Source of the DNA: Tubulanus polymorphus
Taxonomy: Eukaryota; Animalia; Nemertea
DNA: 64,000 nucleotides
Direction: 5' to 3'
NCBI RefSeq assembly: GCF_964204645.1
Contig: NC_134025.1
Coordinates: 26,268,299-26,332,298, forward strand
The notes below the pieces were generated by a model. It was not told the origin of the DNA. It saw only the letters and a program-made list of their open reading frames with translations, and did no database searches. A program made the translations under genes and the position numbers. Positions 1-12,300 of this stretch are shown here, in pieces (within the stretch, counting starts at the first letter, position 1; every line of letters begins with the position of its first letter).

Positions 1-844
1 CACTTATGCAAGCAAGGGGTATTCTCTAAGGTTCCATGCCTTAAAAATCAAATAAATATTTTAGACACTTATTGTATAGAAGGATCACCCTAGAGTAATG
101 ATTCATCATGTATACTGATTATTATTTGTCAATGAATAATACAACAGGTCTTATTCAAATGCATGCCATGTTAGGAACATTGACTACTACATAATTTCAT
201 GTAGTAATTAAATGTACTACCAGTACACTAATACTGTAGTATGTTAGAACTCAACTTAGCAGGACTCTCCAAGCGATTCTTAATGCTTAGTCACTCTTCT
301 CATAAACAACAAAGCCCTGGATTCCTATCTTTGTTTTGCTCAGAATAATATTAGAAAGATATTTGGTCTTATACAAATGTTACACCAGGGGCTAGTTACA
401 CGAAAACTAGCTATCCTTCATTGAACTAAAAAATGTTTAACTAGGGCCTAACTGAAAATTATCCCGAGTTTCATTGTTTATATAGGCCTACATGATGGGC
501 CGAATCTTTTAATCAACGTAATTTTTTTTCAAAATACTCAAATTATCATTCATAATTATTTCCAAAGATAAATACATGCGAAGTACACGGCTAATACAAG
601 ATACAAATATCATATGTATGAATAATTGTAATTCCAAAAATGCGAAAATTCTAAAAAATTCTATAAAAAATACAAAGAAAGGGCAACAGACTTATATTGC
701 TGACTTGCAAAAGTATCTAACAAGCTTAAATAGGCTGGTTACCTTTTTTGTACCATTGACAGGAGACTGAAAAAGAGTATTGCTATGTTAATTGCCAAAG
801 GGCAGGTCAACATTTATATTTTGTCCGTATTTGTTAAGAGCTAC

Positions 845-2904
845 CTAGTTCATACCACTATAACAGCTTGTAAACATTTTCTGGATAATCCAAAGTGCAT
901 ACATATCAAGCTGCACAAACACTAATAAATGAACAATTTTCATTTTCATTACCTGATTATCATCACCATCTTCAGCTTGCATATCCCCAGCATTATCTTC
1001 TTGATCGCCACCTGAATGGAATGTTTTATAACCCTTCAATTTGTTTCGATTCATTTTCGCATATATATTCTCTGACGGTGTAGAAAAATATGTTATCCGA
1101 ATTGTTCTTCAATCTATGTTAATACTGTTACGACTGATATTCATCTTAACCCAGTTTACTCTTCTGTACAATATTTGTTCAACTGTTTGTCGCAAGACGA
1201 TTTTTCATAGCTGTTAAGTATGGCAATATATATATATACACTTCACGGCAGATTAGTTCAGGGCTTATAGGGCAAGCACTCAGCCATAATGAACTAAACA
1301 GGGCAAGTAGTGGTCAAAAATAACTATTTTATGAAATCCATACAATAATCATGAATTACTCAGCCATGAGACTGAACACTTGGGTGCATATGTACTAAGT
1401 TTTATATCTGATATTGTAAACATTTCAGACTAAATACAATATAAAAACTTAACCATATTTTTCTTTTATTGATCAATTCATTTTAATCTAAAATGAATGT
1501 ACTTGAATGGATCATTACCTGCAGCAGGGGTGTGAGCCTCCAATCCAATGGGGGCAGCACCATCATTGCCCAGGGGCTCAGGTTCGGTTTGACCCTCTAA
1601 ACCAATAGGTGCGGCTCCATTGCTAGGGGGCTCTGGCTGAGATTGACCTTCGAATCCGATAGGTGCGGTTCCACCGGGCTGCTGATTCTCCAAATTTGGA
1701 TAAAGTGGATTAGCTAATCGTTCAAATCCTAGAATTCACACAGAAATAAAAGGTCATCATTTCAATGTCACAGTCCAAAATCTGTTTATTGAATTATTAT
1801 AATTAGATCAATCGAGACAAATATATTCCAGGGGTCTGGGCAATGTTTGGGCCGAATACCGTTCTATACAACACAGTTAACAACAAAGTTCCGAGACCAA
1901 GGTTGCAGGGGCCTCACTTCACCAAGAATCTTAGTGTCTGATGTACCACAGACACTAAGATGCGAACAACATTTTCTCGATACTTTTAGATCACTGCAGC
2001 TTTAAACCACCAGAAATCCAGTTTCACTAAACCGATTGTGAAAAATAAACTCTCTTTACAAACCTCATACATTCAGTTTTCTTATTGTTATATTCATTCG
2101 GAGGTTCCTTCATCATAGTCCGTGCTTGATGCGATATAAATACAGAAAAAGCAAAAATGACACCATTTTTTCACTTTGAAACTAGGCATTGTAACACTGT
2201 AGTTCGTTAGCAACAAGACAACTTGAGCGATGCGTGTCTCATCGCTAAACAGCGCATCATTTTTGTATCTTAAATTTAATCGTACTAGAATCAGATTTAT
2301 CGTCAAAATTATATAATGAACAAACGTAAGACATCATAAGGTTAGTGTACATAGTTTATTCATCAAAATCGGTTGTTTATTTGCTGAGATATCGCAGTTT
2401 GAACACAGACAAAAAAGCCGACCAAATTCTGGTCGGCAACTGTACAGCGAATTTGAATGCACGCGTCTGGGTGGTTGGTTACACTAGGATCGTAGATAAC
2501 TGGTTGAGACAACCACTGCCAGTGCTGGGTGAAGGGCCTCACGCACTTCATGATTTAAAATCAAATCTTTTCTATAATACCTGGTGGTTTATAAAAAAGC
2601 TTATCATCAATGATTTAGCACAAGCCAAGACATTAGATCTGCTGATTCTCAACCAAAATGAACTTGGGTCTGGTGCTGGACAATACAAACATATTATAAA
2701 GGTCACAGTGTTGATGACACTGACACAGTACAGTGTCTTGAATCGAGACTTTGACAGTTCCATCCACTTCGGTCGACTTAGTCGCAATCGGCAATAGAAT
2801 AGCCGTCTTTCTTTATTCTTACCTACAGCTGGTGCGCCGTTTGGATTCTGTATATTTTGCATTTCAAACCCGATCGGTGGGGGTTGAGGTTGGCTGGGAT
2901 CCAT
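845..2904 (-). CDS. Small spliced orphan protein (~128 aa) with PIGFE/PIGLE repeats; predicted exons 2904-2823, 1728-1519, 1011-953, 880-845
   Basis: ATG at 2904. GT-AG junctions have compatible phases (1,1,0). The exon1-exon2 junction (GTA G|GA TTT GAA) rebuilds a copy of the repeat motif (APAVGFE). The last exon is less certain. No recognisable domain. Confidence 0.55.
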
Positions 2905-5865
2905 CCTATTGACGAGCTCTTATCCTAGCGATTCTCTTTAGTCTTTTTATCACTTTAAACAAGAAATTTATTACATTTTGTTACAATGTTTATATTTTGG
3001 CCCACACCCAATTTGTGCCGCCATCTATAATAACATTCGCCGAATACCATACACGTAGTTAGGATATTGAGTTTAACGTGTACCATACGCAATGTTAGTA
3101 AATCATAACGAGGCTAACTCCGAAACCATCATCAATGGGGCATGCCGGGTCGGTGGTAGTGACGTGAACTACATCGAATTCATCCGGTGCTTATCCCTAC
3201 AGATACAAATTTTTGTATGTTAGGTGTAATCTTCAAGTTAAATCATAACAGTGTACATTTTTGCGACGAATATTCTGGGCGGACCCCGGAGGACGCGCGG
3301 GCAGTGTAGAGTTTTCAAATATCGCGGCGCGGGTTTGGTTCACCAAAGCTCTAGGCCAATCCATTTTGCCCGTTTGATGAAAATCAAATACGTTCAATGC
3401 TGAAGATATTTGCTTCACCACGGGAGGCGAAAAAGAATTCGTTTGTTTTCCGCTGGCAGATGGCGTTTGGGTTTCGCATCCGGCGCTGTTAATCATCCAG
3501 GGGATGAAAAAAAATCCGTGTTGAATTAATTAACACTCATAAATCTGCCAAGCCACCATGCGTATCGAAAATCTTTGTCAATATGAGCTACGGTCTTAAT
3601 TACAAATAGATTGGCCATAAAAATCGCTTCCAATTTACGTTCTCATTATGGAAATCTAGTACCTAACGTGCGTGGAAATCATAGGACGAGTATTTTTTCA
3701 AGGGCTCAGGACCACCGAGAAATGATTCGTTGTTAGTATTTTTTCTGTTGATAGTATTTTTTTCCTAGCCCCAAGAAGAGCTTCACTAAATCTACTTACT
3801 ATGACAACCCCTTTAGATTGATACGACCATTCAGACTGAAGTAGATAGTACATAAATTTTAGTGATTTCTCTTTCGCTCTCACGTTACTCGTCTCAGTTG
3901 ACGTGACGCGAATATGTGACGATACCACGGACAGTCTTTAACTGATGTGTTTTATTTTCGTGATGGATGGAGACGAATTCCACCCGACGGCCCGACCATT
4001 AGCAGACGATCATAAATCACCCAAACCACCATTAATCCGCGCACGTGAACATGTGTACGGGAATTGAATTTATTTTGTTTATGCCGGCAATCAGACCACG
4101 GTCTGAATACTGAAAATTTAATCAAGACGTTGCGGCCGTGTTCAGCAATTTGTATTGGTCATCTCTTCATCACTGGTAAATAACCGATGCGGCTTCATTG
4201 ATTTGATAATTACACGGTCCGAATCGAATATTCTATGCAGCTACAGCATCCTTCCAACCAAATAAAAATTATCAGCAACACCCCGAGGATAGGGCTTGAT
4301 TGATATTGGATCATCGGTTGTTGTTTCAACTAGTCTCTGGTCAGATTTTTGAAAATGTTAATCCCACGAGACTTTTGTCTTATATGGATTCGAAGTGAGC
4401 TAAGCCAATTCGCTGGATGCAATAGATTCATAGTTTAACATTCGCCTTGTGGGATGCATTAAATTGAATTGGACCATGAGATTGAAGATTCATGTATTCG
4501 ACCTCGAAGTCGGGTCATGATTAGCATCGATTGACGCAGATATCGAACTGGAACTGAGAATTCTACAAAACATCGAGCGATTTTATTTTATTACATAAGA
4601 GGAAAAATTACAATCCGCTGAATCCATAATAATCAAGTATTCAACATAACGATAATACATTATTATATGACACATCGGGAAAGATCGTCCTCAATTCAAA
4701 TTACGTTATTCGCTGTTCCTATAATTGCAAATTGAACACGGTTAACAGTTAGAGTGGTGCAAATTACATTATATCTGATGAACAACGGTTAGAAACCGAT
4801 ATTTTCGCTGATCAATAAAGAAGCTTAGTTGTATTCTAATGTTTTTTTCGAATTGAATACAGTGGCACAAAATGCGGTGATTTAGGTGTGGGTGTTAATT
4901 ATAACCAAAGATTGATAACAGTTAACAATTAATATTCATTTCACGGGTGGGTATTGCATCCTCAACCTTTTGCATGTTGCAATAAACGATTAATATACGT
5001 ATACAAAATCTCTGGACATACTTAAAACGAAAAACCATATCATTACAATACAAGCGCGTTGAATGACAATTTTATCACAGTTTTAAAACACGTTACTTTG
5101 AATGAATCTGATATTGAAATTATAGATCGTTCAACAGGAGTGATATAGCAAACAGACTTTACAATCTTTAAATTCAGTAGCTGAATATCAAAGAACCTTG
5201 ATGGCCTCGAACAGGCAAATTTGTAAACATGATAGATTTTTTAGAGAAGAATGAATTCTCTGATAACTCGTATAATATTGTCATATCGACGTGTGAGTCT
5301 ATATAACACAGAAACTATAACTTTCTTGTTTATCAACCGTTGACTAACAGGTTATGAAAATGTGCCGAGTTATGTTATCATCATTGTAAGAACATGCGTT
5401 ACGAATAAGATTAAAAATCCAGATCAAGAAAGTATCTAAGATACATAGATCTATATTGAGAAGTATTGAAAGTGATATGAAAACTTTATATCACTACAGA
5501 TAATATTCACCACGATCCCTATAACTGGCTTATATATATATATATACAAGCTGGATTTACATGTACACTATATCGCCTTAACAATAAACCCAACGTATTT
5601 TCCTAGTACAGCCCGTGATTATGAATATGAATAAACCCGTCGTAATATTGTTTTATCTTTACCTAATCGTGCCAAAAGGGAATGGAGAGATCACTCATAC
5701 ATCAACGTCTATTTCGTGTTTCATCATCAACAATCAAGCTGAATTCGTACTATGTTGCGCTAATATTTCGAGTATAAGGAAAAACGAGATGCTCCTGCGT
5801 GTATGATATAGAAATGAATGAAAAACAGATTTCATTATGAATGTTTATCTGTTGTTTAAACGGCG

Positions 5866-6348
5866 CTATACGGTACTGATAAGTTGCATGTCTTCTGGTA
5901 TGGAATATCCAGGAGGCGCTGAATACACGACCACGTATTTTTTGCGGAGCGGGGCGTTTTCGTTCGCCCAGGGATTTTCGGGTTTCGGTACGTTAATTTT
6001 GCTATCGGTTTCCGGTTTCGGAAGCGTTTGATCCTGAGCGATTTCGTCTTCGAGATCGTTAGAACTTTCGCCGACTTGATGAATTTGTTCGTGTTGAAAT
6101 TGTTTTTGTTGTTGTTGCAGCTGCATCTGATGTTGATGGTTCGCATTGTCCGCGTAACCGGAGTTTTCGACAGCATTGTACGACACCGACGGATTGTCCG
6201 CCACAATATTTTTCATGTCCATTCCTACGAGTCCGTTCTCGTAACGTATAGTATATCTAAAATTCGGCGCCCAATAAGATCGGCAAAATCGTTCGGCAGC
6301 TATGGCTGACAAGCCGCCTGTCGTTATCGTGACCAACCACGAAGATAT
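5866..6348 (-). CDS. TMEM179: TMEM179-like exon 4 (TM4 plus long Gln-rich cytoplasmic tail, stop)
   Basis: Acceptor tttttcag at 6349; open frame ISSWLVTITTGGLSAIAAERF...LISTV*. Confidence 0.8.
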   Translation of the reverse strand: MSSWLVTITTGGLSAIAAERFCRSYWAPNFRYTIRYENGLVGMDMKNIVADNPSVSYNAVENSGYADNANHQHQMQLQQQQKQFQHEQIHQVGESSNDLEDEIAQDQTLPKPETDSKINVPKPENPWANENAPLRKKYVVVYSAPPGYSIPEDMQLISTV

Positions 6349-9300
6349 CTGAAAAATTGATGAAAAATTGTCTTGACGGGTCTGCCAGCAGTTTCACAGT
6401 AATGGGTTGTTAATATGTCGACCCCGAAGTGGAAACAACACTTTCGAACTGGGACATGATTAGTTATTTTCTCAATATTTCTATCATTTCGAAATGAAGA
6501 TTTAGCCCCGGGTTATTTTGAAACGCTCAATACGTACCTCTGATATGGTGAGCAATATGTAAAAACGAGAGCCATTGACATTTCCAGGCCAGCGTAGATA
6601 CTGTGTAGCCTCGCAGGTAAATCTGAAGATACGAGATGGAAATATGATTAAAATGATGGAGTGGCGGAGGAACTTCAGACGATTAAATCAAATGTGAGAA
6701 AAAGCCCGACTGAAAACCAGTTTCTAAGTTTGTCTTGTAAACGCATGAGCTAAATTGATCTAGTTAAAACGAGAAATGCCTTATCGGATTTCACAATTTT
6801 GTTTGCGTGTGAGCTGCATTTGTGACTCGTGTATTTGTCAATTGGGGTAAAAAGATCTCGTTAACTGCGCATACACATTACATCGAAAATGACGCACGGA
6901 GTCTCGGATCCTGAATGTAATGTCGGAATGATTACCCTGAGATGTAACCAAATAATTCAAGGATTCAATGCGTTGCGTTGCCGTTGTGCACCGAATGCAA
7001 CACAGTACCGTTCATTAAAGATTCAAAGACGTGGAAATGTCAGTCACAGAGTGTCCAGTAGCAAATAATGCACCTGACGATCTGGTGAGACGAGCTTGTA
7101 CCGTGACAGATGAGGGGATTATGCTGTCTTGTTTAACGCGTAAAAGGAGTATAGTTTGTTAATAAATGACAGAACAGCAGTTCGGCGCGTAGTTTAGGAG
7201 AATCTTTATCACCCAGAGCGCTGAAGATAAGATGTGGGAGCGAATAAGTATTGATGGTTCGGACGATATTTGAGATTGAAACCCTTTCTCCCTCTCCGAA
7301 TGTACACGTAATATTTTACCAAATTAATGATTTTTCGCGGCTTGATGCGTCCATCTCCGATGGAGACACAGTATGGTGAAATTATCAATTTTCTTAATGT
7401 ACTGCAGTACGGTATTTTGTGATTAATGTACTCTGGTGACAAGAAGAGCCGATTTTCTGCGCGGAGATGTATCGATGGAATCTGTTTTACTTGTAGAATT
7501 GCACGTTCTCCTATTCGAAATATGATTTTTGCCTCGCTCATCAATAACCACCTTTACATAATAGAGTCCGGCGTTAATAATCTATATCATCTTGCGATGA
7601 ATACGCGGTAGAAAACACGACGACTTTTTTCTGCTTCACGGATAATCAACCATATTCTAATTGAATACGGCAACGTTCTCAAAGGAGTATATTGCTCTAT
7701 GGCTAGAAATAATACATATAAAACGGGGACAATTTCTAGCGTTATGGCGCTCTACGTTGCCCGTAAATCGTATTTACATGGGCACACTTACTGGCATAAA
7801 TAGCCAGCTTCTAGTAGTGAATTGATATATCTGGAGCTTACAATTTCGTCATTTCCCTCAAGAGTTTTATTTGGAGAAACACAAAATGTGCTCGATCATT
7901 CAGATTTTTTGTTCGCCATTAGGTAATAAAAGGACTTTCGCCAGAACTAGAGACTATTACAGAGAGTTAATCGAACGACGTCTCGTTCAGTAGTCGTAAA
8001 TTAGAAAACTGTCGCATCTCGAATGGAATGAAATGTGTTTTACTGTCCAATAAAACAGGCAAACAATAAAAGAAAATTAGTTGAATACACGTGAAAAGTG
8101 TTTCAAATAGCTCTCGATGTAGCGAGCTAGCTTAGGATAGCGCATTGATGACGCCTATCAAAAGATGTTTGAAATCAGCAAATGATCTACGAGACTCAAT
8201 TGATATTCATATCGTAGATAGAAATCGACGCAATATGTCGCGATTTGAAAACGCGTGACGCATGAAATCATTAAAACGAATCACATCGCGGCATTCACTA
8301 ACGAGCAAAATATGTTTAATAAGCATCGACAATCAATCGAAGTTAGTTTTACAACTTCGGAAAAACAACCTCATCAAGAAGATCAATGGAAGTACTCATA
8401 TTTCCCTACGGTGTAACAGATCACCATCACTATACTGTCTTATTAATCTTTCTTTCAGACATGGCACGCTGGATGGATGATATTTGAGTGAAGATTTTTC
8501 TCTAGGGTAAATTGGATATCGCATTACGTTCATACGGAACATTTGGGCTCTTTAATTTTTCAAAAGTCTAAAATGTAAAATGATGAATTTCAGTCGACAG
8601 TTTTTCACTTCTCGCGGGGCTGATTTAAGTCGATACGATACATTAACGATGAGTTCTGTAAATGCCGGGATCTTCGCAGCATTTTGATCCGGATATGCCT
8701 GCAGCAGAACTAGTTCTAGACCTAATAAGAAATCTTTAACTCGAAACGAATACTTGATGAAAGCTATACTCGGTATCCTTATACTTAAGTAAGCAATACA
8801 AAGTTACGTTGAAAAAATATCAACCATATTCTGAAATTTAAGAGGTTAGGTTTCCTCACATTCATTACAAACTACTTTACTTTCTATAGATAAATAAACT
8901 AAAAATCTGTCTCACCCTCCTTTGTTTGTCTCGAGCGCTTGACACCACTTTCGGAGACCAAGGGACATGACGCAGCTTCCAATGAGTTCGAACGTAAATA
9001 ATACTGTGTTGAAGAGTAGCGTTGGGAATATTATCTTATCAGCTTTCCTGAAAAGAAACATTTTTTTCAGATGTTCAGTCACTTCATCGTGCACACCGTT
9101 GGTACATATGTGTCAATCTTACAAGATTCGATAACGCCTCAACAACTGTTTACTTAAAACAAGAAGAGTGCTTTCTACATCTATTTATCGACAATAATAT
9201 TCTTGCCATTCCTTAACAGGCTGTAGTTTTATTAGATTTAGCATACACGTCAATGTTTCCACAAGGTAATGAAGTTTATTTAGGGCTAGAGCTTCTGTAC

Positions 9301-12300
9301 CCAAAGGAATTGCACCGGCATAAAACACATCAGTTGGTGCTACAAAAACTAATAAATTACTTTCTTTTGATTTAACGCAGCATCTCCGTATGCATGAGGC
9401 ATAACTTATAGATGCTCTTAAAGGGATTTGTTTGTAAATGCGATATGTAAATAGGAAACAGATTATGCAGAGTAAAGTTTATGCTAAGGTAGTTGTGGGT
9501 CCGCGAGGATATACTTGTGTCATTGGTGACACCTGTAATCTACCCATTTCCGTTCATCTTCTATTTGTATAATGGAAATATTTCACTACATGGAAAAACA
9601 CTCGAACATGCATTTCTAAACAACCATTAACAAATCCATCACCAGTTTATGTTCGACTCCTACAAATTATTAGTAATACTCCACCATACCGGATTAACTT
9701 ACCTATCTCATAATCCCTAAGTACAAAAGAACTCAACGGTAAACTAATTAAAAAATTTAAAAAAAAAACACCAGAAAATAAAAATTAAAACGCATACGAA
9801 CGCTCAGTCCGGAAAAGATCTTATATTAAGGCAATTGTCACAAATGACATGCATACTTTTTATATATTTCCACCTTTGCATCAGGCTAACGACGGAAGGA
9901 GTGAACCCCTGATTCAATCGCCCTACGCACTTCACAAGATGTAACAGTAGATTTGGCGCAGTCGTTGCCCGTCGGACCGCTGCAAAGGTTTTGTTACCAT
10001 ACGTTATCCGAGTAATTATTAAAACAATTTAACATACCCTAAATGCCACGACGTATCGACATTATAATACCGACCGCTTCCCGCGTTGATCTTCGGCCTG
10101 GAGAACAGACAAAACACAAATACAAAAAAGCTACATCCACGAAAAAACTAAAACGTAACATATAACATAGGCCTACTATATAATAAGTGCTTTTTCTTTC
10201 ACTCGCTATGCGCTCGCTATATTCATATCTATGATAGTGCTATGGTAAGTTGGATATCGAAGAAATCGACGAAATTCCGATTCACTGATTGAGCGTAATA
10301 CCAGTCGCTTGTTGCTCGTGCTACAAAATTCAATCGAGCATAATATTTGTAACGTGGGTAATAACGTGCATTGCATATATAAATCGATATATCAAGATTA
10401 GATGCAATTGATTCACAAAGTAAATGTTGATTCTTCGATGGTAAACTTAACGCAGATTCCAATTACTATCGTCAAGTGCGAGGTCAAATCCTGTGGCACT
10501 GTGGATGATTATAACCTAGCCTAGGAGGATTTGGCGTGATAATGTGATAATAACGAATAGCATGTTAATGGAAATAAAGATTCGTTTAAATTGCACATTT
10601 TATCATTCTCGTAACTCGATGCTCTGATCGAGAATAAAATGGTTAAATGTTAAATGGAAAAAATAACACAATCATACTAAGACACTCCGATCCAGATAAC
10701 CTTAAAAAGCTTCGTCGTTGTATATGAAAACAATATATAAATTGCACATTTTACTTGCGTCCTAACCCATTAGGAATAACAAAAAGCGAAATATGGTGTT
10801 TGACTTTTGATCCAGAATGCGTTTCATAGAAAAGTTTTGGTCAGTTATTGTCACTGTTGATTGAAGTCATAATGTCCCAAGCGAATAGACCAGGTACATA
10901 TTTGATAATGATGTAGTCGCTAGGCTTTTATGGCGACGATAAATCTCGACCGACGTAAAAAGGTTAGTACACGGTAAAATGGGTAGATTAACGACAACGA
11001 CATAAATGATTTGTGTCCACGTACACAGTAACATCAACGACCGATGGATTTAGGGGTATTGTATTGACAACACGACTTATCAGATTCGTGATGGATTTCT
11101 AGAGTGTATGAATACATACGAATGCAATAACGCAATCCGATCGAGAAAAAATAGGCAATCGTTTTTCTCTTTGATTTGGAAGATTTAATGGTGAATAAGA
11201 CCAAAAACAAGTTATTTGTTTTGTCAACCTGTGCATTGTGAAGAAGAGCTCGCGACGTAGGCGTAGATATTGACATAAGATTAATTCACGAACAAGATAG
11301 CATTTTCAGATAATACCTGAAGTATGGAGGCAGAAGACACTTGGAAACGTAGCGAAATGATTGATGAACAGCCAGCATCATCTCATTTGTGCGCTGATCA
11401 ATTGCAAGTGTGTTCTTCATCAGGACCATACGCCGACTGGACAACGGTCTGAAGTGACACCTGACCACAATGTTAATATTGTCGATACTGTTAGTTTCCG
11501 TCTGTGAAGGCGTTATTCTACATAATGTCTGAAAGAACACCTGATGTATCACCGAGCGTCAACCGGTTGTCAACGCAGGAACAAAATAGATGTTCTTTTA
11601 ATTACATAAATCGTAATGAGCGTTGTGCAGTCAACTGAGCCAGAAATGCAAAGACTCTACAGTAAAAGAGATTGGTTTAATGGACGAAAATGCTACTCTG
11701 ACGTGAAATGATCTTGAGATATGAGGCGGCAGTGCCTTTTTACGTAGCTGTGATTGTTTGTTCATATTTCAATATCCTGCTTAGTAACGAATATCGTCCA
11801 CTGGCAATGGGCTGATCTCGTTTCCATCGACCAAAGAGCAAAAAAAACTTGTGATCTCATTTTTTCGGGATCGTATCTTCTTCTTTTAGCGTTGGCCAAG
11901 CAATTTCTTATACAGGAGCGGATCGCGTTTGTCAAAGTCAATGATGCGGAATATACGGCTACAGTAAAAATGCTAATATGGCCTCTTGTATAGTTGAATT
12001 AATCGAATGCTGGTAATGTTTCATCGCCCCCGTCGACTGACCCCTTCAAACAACTAGTATATTCATTTATTTTACAATCACATGCAGCTAACTTAAAGGG
12101 TTACATCTTAGAGAACACAGTGGCGTTTCGTATTAATTGATTATTCATGCCGGAAAGTCTTTTCGATAGAACTTCTCCTTAAAATGATTTACGAATTATG
12201 AATCTCATGTTGATGACGAATAGTCTTGTGTCAAGACTGGGGTGGATTCTATTCCCGTTTGAATGAAACTGAACAAATACTTGTATACCGATATAATTAA

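Noticed and set aside
1259-1432. RNase P-like words (agttca..atggctgag, ttcagacta) and a weak C/D-box pair
   Set aside because: The words lie on opposite strands, CR-I is missing, and the C box is imperfect.
2411-2437. Hairpin plus T6 resembling a rho-independent terminator
   Set aside because: The context is a eukaryotic intron; kept only as part of the hairpin-cluster finding.
2345-2797. 150-aa plus-strand ORF
   Set aside because: Non-ATG start, no recognisable motifs, antisense within an intron of the orphan gene.
4775-4818. CTGATGA...GAAAC...AATAAA hammerhead-like string
   Set aside because: Stem II is weak and there is no proper NUH/stem I pairing; at best a decayed relic.
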